Positions 19,310-28,215 of a DNA stretch of 64,000 nt are shown here, one piece after another. The DNA is from Klebsiella phage vB_KpM_FBKp34. Below the pieces are notes generated by a model, which saw nothing but the letters and a program-made list of their open reading frames with translations, did no database searches and was not told the DNA's origin. A program made the position numbers and the translations under genes. The stretch lies in the sequence record MW394390.1; one strand, 5' to 3'. Each line of letters starts with the position of its first letter. The first letter of the stretch is position 1.

Positions 19310-20854
19310 TCAATGTCTAGTGTTTAAACCAGATCTTTTAGTCAACGTTGGTGCTGATACTCTCGGAATAGCTGCTGCTACAAAACTTCTTTCTTTACAC
19401 AAAGCATTGTATGCAGAAGCCGCAGCATCTGCCCAGTCATCTTTCCTTTCACTTGTAGACCTTTCACCATTAAATGCTTCTAGTTCCTTATAGAAAGCCT
19501 CTAAGGTGGCTTTATTTGTAAAACTATCTTCTACAATACAAACTAGACCATTTTGACATGCACTTGAAAATGGCATAAATCTTGTAAGCTTAGATTTATT
19601 ATTAGGCATAGGATCTGGTTTTACTTTAAAACCTAAAATATTTAATTTCTTGGCGCTTTCTTGATATTCTACTTGTCCTGCTGCACCTGGATCTTTTGGT
19701 AGAATTACTGTAACATGTTCACCATCGATCTCTGTTTGATTTTTTATTAACAGGTCTCTAGAGCCAGCCCTTTTCCTGAATTTACCAGCTATCATTGTCT
19801 TTTCATCTAATGTTTCTGGATCAAAATCACCAAAAATATAAAAAATACCATCTGCACTTTTACCCATTTTAACTGAGGCTGTAAAGTCAGGGTGTCTGTT
19901 CTGGTCTGAAGGTTCAGAAGATGCTTTATCCCACGCTCTAACAAGTTTTAAAGGTGGTACTTCACTTCTAGTCACCTTTGTTAACCACTCTCTTTGAAAG
20001 TTGTTGGACCCTTCAGCACGGGCAAACCAGCAGCCATCTAACAGCCTTGCACGGTTAACTTTGCTTTGTGCTTTTAATGCAGATAAATATTTAGGGTTAG
20101 CTTTAATAAGTTCTGGATTATCAAAAATTGTTCCTCCAATGAAAGCAAAAGTCATTGGTGGTACATACTTTGTTTCTCCAGTTGTAGGATCTTCAACATA
20201 ACAAAGTTCTGGATAATCTTTAGCTAATTCTTCTTCTGTATCTGCAAATACTGGTGCATCGTTCACAATAACGAAATATCTTACAACACCACATCTATCT
20301 TCTCTTGGATAACCTTTTTCATCAAGATACCATAAAACCCAATTCATTACCCAAGAATCAGGATCAGGGTTTGTAGAGGCCATACAGAAAGAGTCAGTCT
20401 CTGATGCTGAACGGAGACGACCTAAAAGATATAAGAATTGGGTTTGAGTAAAGTGTGTTAATTCGTCAAAAGCCACCATTGAATATTGAAGACCCTGATG
20501 GTTCCCCTCTGCGTCATTTTCATTTTCTAGGTGTGTAAATTTAAGTGTCCCACCGCTTGTGTTGTTAAATATGATTTCCATATCTTTTTCACGAATCTTA
20601 GGTCTTAGTGGGGAGTATAGTTTTTTAGCCTCAGTAAATAAACCACCTGCCGCTTTTAATGGTGGAGATGTTCTACGGAAAAGTACTCCTTCAAAATCTT
20701 TATCATTTGCAGCATACTTTAACGCTTTTAAGAGAATCAATCTTGACTTACCAGATCCTGCTGCACCACCATAGATAAGAACATCCACTTTCTTATCTAA
20801 CGCCATTTTTTGCTTACCTTCTTGGGCTTTAAATGTGATTACATTTCTTGCCAA
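19310..20854 (-). CDS. terL: terminase large subunit
   Basis: 514 aa with Walker A YGGAAGSGKS near the N-terminus and a C-terminal nuclease-like region. Confidence 0.85.
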   Translation of the reverse strand: MARNVITFKAQEGKQKMALDKKVDVLIYGGAAGSGKSRLILLKALKYAANDKDFEGVLFRRTSPPLKAAGGLFTEAKKLYSPLRPKIREKDMEIIFNNTSGGTLKFTHLENENDAEGNHQGLQYSMVAFDELTHFTQTQFLYLLGRLRSASETDSFCMASTNPDPDSWVMNWVLWYLDEKGYPREDRCGVVRYFVIVNDAPVFADTEEELAKDYPELCYVEDPTTGETKYVPPMTFAFIGGTIFDNPELIKANPKYLSALKAQSKVNRARLLDGCWFARAEGSNNFQREWLTKVTRSEVPPLKLVRAWDKASSEPSDQNRHPDFTASVKMGKSADGIFYIFGDFDPETLDEKTMIAGKFRKRAGSRDLLIKNQTEIDGEHVTVILPKDPGAAGQVEYQESAKKLNILGFKVKPDPMPNNKSKLTRFMPFSSACQNGLVCIVEDSFTNKATLEAFYKELEAFNGERSTSERKDDWADAAASAYNALCKERSFVAAAIPRVSAPTLTKRSGLNTRH

Positions 20855-20975
20855 TTTTCCTCCAAATATAATAACTTCCTAATGTTATCATAACCCAATG
20901 TTAAAATTTAGTCAAATTTACATAAAAGAAAACCCGCACAAGGCGGGTTATATTTTTAAATTAATTCTGTACTAT

Positions 20976-21275
20976 TCATTTCTTTTTACCTTTCTTCTGT
21001 TCAACTACAGGTTTCTCTACTTTCTTACCAACCTTCTCTCGTGCAGTTTTCCCAGTACGAATACGGTGACTAACCACCACATCAACACCACCCTCTACAG
21101 TGGTAACAGACTCCCACTGTTTACGATCTTCGTTATAAACCATTTTAGTTACTGAACGACCACCAAGATTAATCTGTTTTGGTTTAGATTCAGTTTGTGT
21201 AGACTTGCTTTCAAACTGAAAAGGGTGAATAATTGCATCAATTGCAGAAACTTTCTTATTAGTATTTTTAGTCAT
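20976..21275 (-). CDS. small basic protein (possible terminase small subunit / DNA-binding protein)
   Basis: Start re-assigned to ATG at 21275 with GAGGAGAAAG RBS (the longer ORF would run toward the tRNA); Lys-rich C-terminus; sits immediately upstream of terL. Confidence 0.3.
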   Translation of the reverse strand: MTKNTNKKVSAIDAIIHPFQFESKSTQTESKPKQINLGGRSVTKMVYNEDRKQWESVTTVEGGVDVVVSHRIRTGKTAREKVGKKVEKPVVEQKKGKKK

Positions 21276-21379
21276 AACTTTCTCCTCGTCATTTAAAATA
21301 GAATTATGCTTGCCCCTTTCGGTGAAGAGGTCTACTCCAGTCTTTGAGTCTTTACAGTACATCACTCTGCTTTGATGTT

Positions 21380-21457
21380 TGGTAGACCGCCTGGGACTCG
21401 AACCCAGAACCTTCCGATTAAAAGTCGGATGCTACTAACCAATTGAGCTAGCGATCT
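21380..21457 (-). tRNA. tRNA-Lys (anticodon TTT)
   Basis: Minus-strand cloverleaf: acceptor AGATCGC/GCGGTCT, anticodon loop CTTTTAA, T-arm CTGGG-TTCGAGT-CCCAG, encoded CCA. Confidence 0.8.
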
Positions 21458-21464
21458 ATATTAA

Positions 21465-21581
21465 TTAAAAACCCCAATTTTCTTCAGATTTGATAAGATC
21501 TGGTCTCTCATCATCGTGATACCACTCATCACTAAAGATTCCTTCACCATAACCAATAAAACCATCAAATTGATCTTTCAT
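21465..21581 (-). CDS. small ORF (38 aa) between tRNAs
   Basis: AAGGAGA RBS 7 nt upstream of ATG; MKDQFDGFIGYGEGIFSDEWYHDDERPDLIKSEENWGF. Confidence 0.3.
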   Translation of the reverse strand: MKDQFDGFIGYGEGIFSDEWYHDDERPDLIKSEENWGF

Positions 21582-21603
21582 ATTTTTATTCTCCTTAAAA
21601 ATT

Positions 21604-21679
<76 letters not shown>

Positions 21680-21694
21680 TTAATCTGGAGTTGA

Positions 21695-21874
21695 CTATAA
21701 TACTTCTTCTAAATCTACGTCAACATCTTTTTTAAACTTTCTTTTCCCTTTCAAGGAAATATTGCCACAAAGTTTGCATCTTTGTCCTGGACTGATCATG
21801 TTGCAATCACAAGAGCAATAATGATATGATTTTTTAGACTTCTTAGCTTTTATTCTATTACTATGTCTAATCAT
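21695..21874 (-). CDS. small zinc-ribbon protein (59 aa)
   Basis: ATG with AAAGG RBS; two CxxC pairs (CSCDC...CKLCG); lies between tRNA-Arg and tRNA-Gly. Confidence 0.35.
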   Translation of the reverse strand: MIRHSNRIKAKKSKKSYHYCSCDCNMISPGQRCKLCGNISLKGKRKFKKDVDVDLEEVL

Positions 21875-21890
21875 AATAAACCTTTAAATT

Positions 21891-21966
21891 TGGAGCAACC
21901 GACGCGATTCGAACGCGCGACATCTGACTTGGAAGGACAGCGCTCTACCAACTGAGCTACGATTGC
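21891..21966 (-). tRNA. tRNA-Gly (anticodon TCC)
   Basis: Acceptor GCAATCG/CGGTTGC, D-arm GCTCAGTTGGTAGAGC, anticodon loop CTTCCAA, T-arm GCGCG-TTCGAAT-CGCGT, CCA. Confidence 0.75.
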
Positions 21967-22270
21967 ATATTCACTAATGTATGATCTTAAGTCCTGAATA
22001 TCGCCATATTCCCTACACAAGTACCAAGTGTTTGCGAAACACTCCGCTTGTACCATTCCGTAATAATCAGTTCTCGCGATAACTAATCTACAGAATCACA
22101 CCCCACAGGTGCAGCAAGGTTTTAAGTGTCTAAGACCATACATTAGTGTTTTGGATGGCAGGTACTGATCTCCTGCATTCTTTGAAGTGGCGGCAATTTC
22201 CACTTCTTGAGGTAAGCGCTGCCTAGCACCTGCGTATCAGTCTACGCATTCATCCAAAATTTTTATAATT

Positions 22271-22348
22271 TGGTGTGACTGATGGGGTATGATCCCATAT
22301 CATCTCATTCACAGTGAGAAACGTTAGCCAATTACGCTCACAGTCACC
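22271..22348 (-). tRNA. tRNA-His-like (anticodon GTG) with non-canonical T-loop
   Basis: Extra 5' G, acceptor GTGACTG/CAGTCAC, anticodon arm TCTCA-CTGTGAA-TGAGA; T-arm ATGGG-ATCATAC-CCCAT (A54/T58 instead of T54/A58). Confidence 0.5.
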
Positions 22349-22366
22349 ATTGATTCTAAATATTAT

Positions 22367-22430
22367 ATGAATAACTTGGGTCTGTTTGGGACTTGAACCC
22401 AATATCAACGTCTTGATAGTCTCCATACAC
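22367..22430 (-). pseudogene. truncated tRNA-like element (acceptor and T-arm only)
   Basis: Perfect acceptor GGTCTGT/ACAGACC plus TTGGG-TTCAAGT-CCCAA T-arm and CCA, but only about 26 nt where D and anticodon arms should be. Confidence 0.35.
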
Positions 22431-22440
22431 AGACCATTAT

Positions 22441-22510
22441 TTGGCACCAGAAGGAGGAATCGAACGCTCCTAATCAGGTCATGACTCCTGACTATCTCAA
22501 ACCAAATACT
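22441..22510 (-). pseudogene. degenerate tRNA-like element (anticodon-like loop AGTCATG)
   Basis: TTCGATT T-loop signature and terminal CCA; anticodon-like arm TCAGG-AGTCATG-CCTGA; no clean acceptor pairing except with ACCAGGA about 70 nt further 5'. Confidence 0.25.
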
Positions 22511-22587
22511 GTTGTGTTGGCTATTGTATAACGGCGAGCGCTCACCCTTATACAGACCTTCACTAGTATCGAGATCCTGGTATTGTT

Positions 22588-22679
22588 TGGTGCGGGTAGT
22601 GGGAGTCGAACCCACAGGAGGGTTTACCCCTCCGAGGGATTTTAAGTCCCTTGCGTACTGCCAATACCGCCATACCCGC
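22588..22679 (-). tRNA. tRNA-Leu (anticodon TAA), type II
   Basis: Acceptor GCGGGTA/TACCCGC, anticodon arm AGGGA-CTTAAAA-TCCCT, long variable arm, T-arm GGGTTCGACTCCC, CCA. Confidence 0.75.
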
Positions 22680-22690
22680 ATTAAATCTGA

Positions 22691-22765
22691 TGACCCCCGG
22701 AGGATTCGAACCTACCTGCCTCTCGATTATGAGTCGATTGCTCATACCTAATGAGCTTGAGGGCC
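22691..22765 (-). tRNA. tRNA with anticodon CAT (Met or Ile2)
   Basis: Acceptor GGCCCTC/GGGGGTC (two G-T pairs), D-arm GCTC..GAGC, anticodon loop CTCATAA, TTCGAAT T-loop; no encoded CCA. Confidence 0.55.
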
Positions 22766-22834
22766 ATTTCTTGTATCTCTTTGATGTACTTACTGTATCA
22801 AATCTTCTAGCATCTTGTCAACAACAAATTTTAA

Positions 22835-23149
22835 CTATTTCTGTTTTCTTAACTCTTCAAGTAACTTCTTAGTGTAACCTTGGAGTGCTTTCAGATTATC
22901 ACGATCTTCCTGCCAAAGTCCATTGTTTTTTGAAGTTATCAGTTTTAATGCTTCTGTGTTGCTTGGACCATTTTTTAACTGTTCTTCAGTTGGTTTATAT
23001 GGCGTCTTAGGATCTCTCATCCAATCTGGATCAGGATCTTGAATTTCTATCTTACTGGTGACAGTACACTCATTCGGGTAAACTGTCTTGGTAGAGTTGC
23101 ATCCACTTACCATCAAGGCAACGCAGATTGCCAGAATCACTTTTTTCAT
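22835..23149 (-). CDS. o-spanin (Rz1-like outer-membrane lipoprotein)
   Basis: Signal peptide with lipobox LMVSGC; Pro-rich mature part; gene overlaps the 3' end of the upstream i-spanin gene in another frame; start at Met8 of the listed ORF. Confidence 0.5.
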   Translation of the reverse strand: MKKVILAICVALMVSGCNSTKTVYPNECTVTSKIEIQDPDPDWMRDPKTPYKPTEEQLKNGPSNTEALKLITSKNNGLWQEDRDNLKALQGYTKKLLEELRKQK

Positions 23150-23492
23150 AGTTAGTAATCTCATCATCAACTTTATCTTTTTTATCTTTTCTTTTCTTTT
23201 TAAGATCAGAATTCTCTTTCTTCAACAAAGTAATTTCCTGATTAAGTTCTTGCCTTTCTTTGTCTTTAACTTTCAATCTTTCTTCATACTGGACTTTAAG
23301 ATCATTTTGTTCTTTTTTATAAATAGAAACTTGATGCTCAACACCATTTTGATATCCAGTGTTGTAATAATGATTTGTTAACAGAGAATAACCTACTTTA
23401 AGAAATATTGCAAGTACAACTGTTAAAATAAAATATCTTAAAGTTTTATTATTCCATAATGATTTAAGAATTGTTAGGATCGAAGTTACCAT
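23070..23492 (-). CDS. i-spanin (Rz-like inner-membrane spanin)
   Basis: N-terminal TM helix FILTVVLAIFLKVGYSLL followed by a long charged coiled-coil; embedded overlapping lipoprotein gene. Confidence 0.55.
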   Translation of the reverse strand: MVTSILTILKSLWNNKTLRYFILTVVLAIFLKVGYSLLTNHYYNTGYQNGVEHQVSIYKKEQNDLKVQYEERLKVKDKERQELNQEITLLKKENSDLKKKRKDKKDKVDDEITNYEKSDSGNLRCLDGKWMQLYQDSLPE

Positions 23493-23649
23493 TTAATTCC
23501 TCATACTGTTCTACTGCAATATTAACACGATCTTCATAGAGTTGGTCTAATTCCCACTCTATAGATGTTTTACGACTGTAGTCATTCTTTTGATCTTTAT
23601 GATATCCGCCAAAATTATGATCATGTTTTGCTACAAAATTATTTTTCAT
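23464..23649 (-). CDS. hypothetical small protein
   Basis: 61 aa ORF upstream of the spanin pair, same strand. Confidence 0.3.
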   Translation of the reverse strand: MKNNFVAKHDHNFGGYHKDQKNDYSRKTSIEWELDQLYEDRVNIAVEQYEELNGNFDPNNS

Positions 23650-23924
23650 ATTAAACCTATGCTAAAATATAATTATTTAAACAACTAAAGGGACATTTTG
23701 AAAAAGTCTTATTTATCTAAATCACACTCTAAAACTTTTAGTGTCACACATATTATTTTTGTTTCTAGATATAGAGAAATATATTCAATCTTAAGAAAGA
23801 CCTGATTAACACTTAGCTCACTAATCCCACACCTAAAGTGAGTGGGCTTATCGTTCGCAATTTGGTAATAGATTGAATAGTCTGTATCGTTCAATCGTTA
23901 GTTATGACGCTATATGCATATCAT

Positions 23925-25330
23925 CAGGCTATTTGACATCCTCCCCATCCTAAAGGATGGGGATTCCTAATTCATCGAGGTTTCTAATGAAACCTCTCCA
24001 AAGGCTTAAATTTCCGTGTGTCCCACGGTATTTATTTCTATATAACTATAATATATTAAATTCTTTTATGCAGCAAGAGCTTTACAATTAAAAATTTCTA
24101 AACCTCTTTTATGAATATTTAAAGCAGCATTAATGTCTCGGTCATGGTCTGTTTTACAAGAAGGACACACCCAATGACGAACATTAAGTTTCAATTCCTC
24201 AAGAACATGACCACAACATGAACAAGTTTTAGACGAGGGATAGAATTGTTCTATCTTCACAATGCTACGTCCAAACCAGGATGCTTTATACTCAAGTTGC
24301 CTTACAAACTCACCCCAAGATGCATCAGCAATATGTTTTGCCAATTTTCTATTTTTAATCATATTTTTAACTTTCAAAGTTTCAGTAGAAATTATTTGGT
24401 AAGTTTTTACTAAATTAGATGTTGCTTTATGCAATGCATCACGGCGAGAATCACTAACTTTAGCATGTGTTTTAGCAACTTTCAAACGCATTTTATTATA
24501 ATTGCTTCCACCTTTTTTCATCCGACTAAGTTTTCTCTGCAAACGTGCGAGACGTTTAGCATATTTCTTTGTAAACTTGCCATTTTTACCTTTAAGTCCA
24601 TCTGCTGTAATATAAAGGTCTTTTAAACCAAGATCAATGCCTGTTGTCTTACTCGATATTGGCAGTTCTTCAATTTCAGTTTCACACAAACAAGACACAA
24701 AATATCTACCAGATGCATCTTTACTGATAGTAATTGACGAAGGGTGACTTGGTAATTCACCATAACTCCATTTAACATCCAGCGAGACTTTCATTGATTT
24801 GGCAATGAAAAGTTGACCATTAATGTATTTAAAAGCATTCTTCGTGAGATTAAATGAGTAACTATTATCATAACGGCTTTTGAACTTAGGAAATCTAGCT
24901 CTTCCAGAGAAAAAGTTGCTATAAGCTTTTTCTTGGTTTCTCAGTTCTTGTTGCAGTGCTACCACTGAAACTTCGTTAAGCCACTCATATTCTTTTTTAA
25001 CTTTAGTTAACTCTCTCGATGCTTCGGCAAAGTTAATCTTATTTTTATCTTTTTCATAAGCCTCTTTTCTCCAAGCTAATATATGGTTATAGATAAAACG
25101 ACAAGAACCAAATGTCTTAGCAAGAAGGATTTTTTGTTCTTGTGTTGGATAAAAACGCATTTTATAAGCTTTTAAAATAATCTTTTTCATTTGATCCCTT
25201 TCTAACTATCGTTCTCAGTTTGGTCAGAATTCACAAAGTGATCTAAATCATATTTAATAAATCATAAAATTGACATCCTCCTCACCCTAAAGATTGTGGA
25301 GTTTCTCCTTCATAGAACCTTATAATCAAG
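23925..25330 (-). mobile_element. IS200/IS605-family insertion element (TnpB only, no TnpA)
   Basis: tnpB flanked by related subterminal hairpins (RE: CCCCATCC-TAAA-GGATGGGG and GAGGTTTC-TAAT-GAAACCTC; LE: GACATCCTCCTCACCCTAAAGATTGTGGAG, GGTGA-TGTCC-TCACC); both ends share TTGACATCCTCC...CCTAAAG; boundaries approximate. Confidence 0.6.
24066..25190 (-). CDS. tnpB: TnpB (OrfB) RNA-guided nuclease-like transposon protein
   Basis: 374 aa; C-terminal zinc finger CSCCGH...CPSCK and RuvC-III-like [12 protein letters not shown] motif. Confidence 0.8.
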   Translation of the reverse strand: MKKIILKAYKMRFYPTQEQKILLAKTFGSCRFIYNHILAWRKEAYEKDKNKINFAEASRELTKVKKEYEWLNEVSVVALQQELRNQEKAYSNFFSGRARFPKFKSRYDNSYSFNLTKNAFKYINGQLFIAKSMKVSLDVKWSYGELPSHPSSITISKDASGRYFVSCLCETEIEELPISSKTTGIDLGLKDLYITADGLKGKNGKFTKKYAKRLARLQRKLSRMKKGGSNYNKMRLKVAKTHAKVSDSRRDALHKATSNLVKTYQIISTETLKVKNMIKNRKLAKHIADASWGEFVRQLEYKASWFGRSIVKIEQFYPSSKTCSCCGHVLEELKLNVRHWVCPSCKTDHDRDINAALNIHKRGLEIFNCKALAA

Positions 25331-25622
25331 ACTCTCCAGAGACTTAAAATCGGTGATGTCCTCACCTACTGAAAATCATAATATACTACTTAAATCTAAA
25401 GTTCAAGCTTTTTACTTTTTCGTTTAATTGTCAAAAACGTTATCAATAGCTCTGTTGATACTCCCAGCCATAAATAACTGGGATTCTTCCTTCAATGGCT
25501 TTCTAACGATTACCTCCAGAAGCATAACTTCGGCGTTAACCACACCTAGAAGATTACTTGTCTTTCGACTTGTTTCTCTCAACAAGAGACACTTTACAGA
25601 GTCCCTTAGTAAAAGTCAACGT

Positions 25623-25997
25623 CTATTTAAAATTTGTTTCACACAGTAATGTGCAATGTCGAGAATCACCAACAATGAAAGCATATGCTGTTAGTGCTTC
25701 TGTATTAGCATACATTATCTCTTCGCATGGTGCAAACATCACTTTATTTCCTGAAATTTCACTGCCAATTGTATCTTTAATTGTTTTTGCTACAAGACTT
25801 AAAATTTTTAATACTTGATCCAAGTCTCCAGATTGAATTTTATCTACTATATCCTTAGTTAAGTGACCAACATCTATCGGGTAAAATTTAATACCATCTT
25901 CATGTTTTTGCAAAAATTTATAGCTTATTCCATCTTCTTCTAAGAGGTCTCTGACCATTTTATCCAACATACCAGATAAGTCAACTAAAATATTCAT
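25623..25997 (-). CDS. hypothetical protein
   Basis: 124 aa ORF. Confidence 0.4.
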   Translation of the reverse strand: MNILVDLSGMLDKMVRDLLEEDGISYKFLQKHEDGIKFYPIDVGHLTKDIVDKIQSGDLDQVLKILSLVAKTIKDTIGSEISGNKVMFAPCEEIMYANTEALTAYAFIVGDSRHCTLLCETNFK

Positions 25998-26082
25998 ATG
26001 TTTCTCCTGTAGATATTAAACGTTAACCTTATAGACTCAAGGTTAACAAAACAGACTTAGTTTGTCAACATCTTGCTTAGAT

Positions 26083-26778
26083 TTAAGAATCTTGGATTAT
26101 CAATACCCCATTTTTCTTCAATTCTCTAAACTTTTCAACTTGAATGCAAGCTTCTTGAAAATTTTTACTCAGGTGAGTAGGTACGAAAATTGCCTTTCCT
26201 GTTGGATTTAAATAAAATTTAAAAAATCTCTTTTCACACTCTATCAGATTTCCTTCATTTTTCAAGTAAATTTTGAAATTTTTATTACCCTTTTTGTAAG
26301 TTTTAAGCTTTGGAAAAACCTCATACAGTTTACTTATCTCGTCTTCCTCACAAACTGCAATAATTTTATCTGCTTTTATATTGTTTTCCTTCAATTTATA
26401 CAGAGTATTATGAAGTACTGGGAAAACTTCACAAGGAATATTAAGACTATTTAATCTAGCTTGATTTATAAATCCATCTTTATCAAAGGTAACATGAAAA
26501 ATGTACTGTTCATAGGATGTTACAGTAAACATCAAACTGGTGTTTAGATTCTTACTATCTGCTATTGATTTTTCTAATAGATCTAATGGGATGTTAAGTT
26601 GTATGGCACTATTTTTTATGGCCTTTAAATTTGCAATTTTAACTGTCAAAAATTCAGAATCTATTTCTTCCTGTAGATCATAAAAAATCTTATTGATTTT
26701 GTCTAAGATTGTAGATGGGTCTTGTATGTTTTTTGTTATACAATTTAAAATATTTTTTAATTTTTCAAAGGTATTCAT
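26083..26778 (-). CDS. hypothetical protein
   Basis: Start re-assigned to ATG at 26778 with AGGAGA RBS (MNTFEKL...). Confidence 0.4.
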   Translation of the reverse strand: MNTFEKLKNILNCITKNIQDPSTILDKINKIFYDLQEEIDSEFLTVKIANLKAIKNSAIQLNIPLDLLEKSIADSKNLNTSLMFTVTSYEQYIFHVTFDKDGFINQARLNSLNIPCEVFPVLHNTLYKLKENNIKADKIIAVCEEDEISKLYEVFPKLKTYKKGNKNFKIYLKNEGNLIECEKRFFKFYLNPTGKAIFVPTHLSKNFQEACIQVEKFRELKKNGVLIIQDS

Positions 26779-26896
26779 GTAGTCTCCTGTATAAATATAC
26801 ATGTTTAATGTTGAGATATGACTATACCAAAAGTCATAATGTGTGTCAATAAAAATATAAAAGAAAACCCCAGCATTTCTGCCAGGGTTTATCATG

Positions 26897-27220
26897 TCAT
26901 TCAATTTTAAAGATTGGTCCTGTATCTTCCTCTTCTTCAACCTTAGTTTCCTCTACACCAGATGGCAGTTCATCATCTTCTTGCTCCATTTCTGCAAGGA
27001 CGCTTTCTACTGCCTCTTTGATTGTTTTTGCAGATGAAATTTTATTGGTAACAGAAGCTTTTTCATCATCCAGTACTGCTACAAGATAATTAACTGCTTT
27101 CATATAATTCTCAGCTAACTTCTCTTGACCCTCAAGGATGCTTGTTTGAAGTTCATAAAGAAGTCTATCCTGTCTTGCTGGACGACCACGACCACGTTTC
27201 ATAATTTTTGGTTTAGCCAT
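26897..27220 (-). CDS. small acidic protein with N-terminal AT-hook-like motif
   Basis: KRGRGRPAR near the N-terminus, Glu-rich tail. Confidence 0.4.
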   Translation of the reverse strand: MAKPKIMKRGRGRPARQDRLLYELQTSILEGQEKLAENYMKAVNYLVAVLDDEKASVTNKISSAKTIKEAVESVLAEMEQEDDELPSGVEETKVEEEEDTGPIFKIE

Positions 27221-27257
27221 AATCCTACCTACTTATCTTAGACACTTACAGTGACTT

Positions 27258-27296
27258 ACATAAAAATAAAGCGGCATAGAATTAATCTAGCCGCTT
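27258..27296 (-). terminator. rho-independent terminator downstream of the second tRNA block
   Basis: Minus RNA AAGCGGC-14 nt-GCCGCUU followed by UAUUUUUAUG. Confidence 0.55.
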
Positions 27297-27407
27297 ATAC
27301 AAATGCACTTTAAGATATCACCCTCAGAGGAGAGTTGAGAGTTTATCGGCTTCTTTAACAAAAAGCTGTGCTTATACAGCTAAGGCGCTGCTTGTGCTCA
27401 TTTAAAT

Positions 27408-27484
27408 TGGCAAACCCACTAGGACTCGAACCTAGACTGTACGGTTTTGGAGACCGACATGCTGTCCAGTAACATTCTGGGAAT
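27408..27484 (-). tRNA. tRNA-Trp (anticodon CCA), acceptor with two mismatches
   Basis: D-arm ATGT..GCAT, anticodon arm TCGGT-CTCCAAA-ACCGT, T-arm CTAGG-TTCGAGT-CCTAG, CCA; acceptor ATTCCCA/TGGGTTT pairs only 5 of 7. Confidence 0.5.
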
Positions 27485-27489
27485 ATTGT

Positions 27490-27565
27490 TGGTGGAACCC
27501 GATAGAATCGAACTATCTCCTAATGCTCTTCAGGCATCCGCGCGAACCATCTACGCCAGAGTTCC
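27490..27565 (-). tRNA. tRNA-Phe (anticodon GAA)
   Basis: Acceptor GGAACTC/GGGTTCC, anticodon arm GATGC-CTGAAGA-GCATT, T-arm GATAG-TTCGATT-CTATC, CCA. Confidence 0.8.
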
Positions 27566-27570
27566 TTTAT

Positions 27571-27645
27571 TGGCGGGCATACTTGGACTCGAACCAAGAT
27601 CAAACGGTTAACAGCCGTCCGTACTAACCTTTGTACTATACACCC
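27571..27645 (-). tRNA. tRNA-Asn (anticodon GTT)
   Basis: Acceptor GGGTGTA/TATGCCC, D-arm GTAC..GTAC, anticodon arm GACGG-CTGTTAA-CCGTT, T-arm CTTGG-TTCGAGT-CCAAG, CCA. Confidence 0.8.
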
Positions 27646-27840
27646 TTAAGTTTTACCATAATAGACAGAGATAGTTTTACCATTCTGATTCATTACGTAT
27701 GCTACCTCATCTTCTTTAAGAAAGATATTTTGATCTAGTCCAGAAATAGCAATACTCTTTTGTTTCGGGTTGAATCCGACACTATTGCCATCATGAATCT
27801 CTTCCCCACCTTCTGTCGAAATAACTTTTACTGTTAACAT
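27646..27840 (-). CDS. small hypothetical protein (64 aa) within tRNA cluster
   Basis: CAGGAGAAGCAAATG RBS; stop abuts the 5' end of tRNA-Asn. Confidence 0.4.
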   Translation of the reverse strand: MLTVKVISTEGGEEIHDGNSVGFNPKQKSIAISGLDQNIFLKEDEVAYVMNQNGKTISVYYGKT

Positions 27841-27887
27841 TTGCTTCTCCTGTGGTTTGTCATCTCTGACTTTTAGTTATAAAAATT

Positions 27888-27964
27888 GGTCTCCCCTACA
27901 GGATTCGAACCTGTGACCCGATGCATCCAAAGCACCCACGCTGACCAGACTGCGCTAAGGAGAG
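27888..27964 (-). tRNA. tRNA-Pro (anticodon TGG)
   Basis: Acceptor CTCTCCT/AGGGGAG, anticodon arm GGTGC-TTTGGAT-GCATC, T-arm ACAGG-TTCGAAT-CCTGT, CCA. Confidence 0.75.
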
Positions 27965-27970
27965 ATAATT

Positions 27971-28045
27971 TGGAGGGTAGTAGTGGAATCTAACCACTCT
28001 AATACTGTTTTGCAGACAGATACATGAACACTCTGACAACTACCC
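27971..28045 (-). tRNA. tRNA-Cys (anticodon GCA), weak D-stem
   Basis: Perfect acceptor GGGTAGT/ACTACCC, anticodon loop CTGCAAA, T-arm AGTGG-TTAGATT-CCACT, CCA; D-stem poorly paired. Confidence 0.55.
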
Positions 28046-28051
28046 TTTAAT

Positions 28052-28128
28052 TGGTTGCGGCTATGGGTATTGCACCCATCTTACTCTAGTTTATGAGACT
28101 AGAAAGAACTCTCTGCCTCCCAACCGCA
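28052..28128 (-). tRNA. tRNA-like with anticodon CAT (Met/Ile2), degenerate D-arm and unusual T-loop
   Basis: Acceptor TGCGGTT/AGCCGCA, perfect anticodon arm CTAGT-CTCATAA-ACTAG, T-arm ATGGG-TGCAATA-CCCAT, CCA. Confidence 0.4.
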
Positions 28129-28147
28129 ATAACTTAATACTTAATTA

Positions 28148-28215
28148 TGGCGGGAACTTCATGCACTCCACCATGCGTTGGAAGCCAAGGAGTGTTCTCA
28201 TGTAAGTATTCCCAT
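28148..28215 (-). pseudogene. short tRNA-like remnant (68 nt)
   Basis: Ends in CCA and has partial acceptor pairing TGGGAAT/GTTCCCG but no recognisable D or T arms. Confidence 0.2.

Noticed and set aside
20001-20774. Plus-strand ORFs inside terL
   Set aside because: Short antisense ORFs within a gene that carries clear Walker A/terminase features.
21871-22056. 61-aa minus-strand ORF
   Set aside because: Overlaps tRNA-Gly; the adjacent 59-aa zinc-ribbon ORF (21695-21874) with a real RBS explains the coding potential here.
22250-22681. 143-aa minus-strand ORF from the six-frame track
   Set aside because: It runs straight through three tRNA genes and tRNA-like elements, has no RBS and gives a low-complexity translation; it is an artefact of the long stop-free tRNA region.
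23709-23894. 61-aa minus-strand ORF near the IS right end
   Set aside because: Lies in the hairpin-rich omegaRNA/right-end region of the IS605-type element with no RBS; more likely non-coding.
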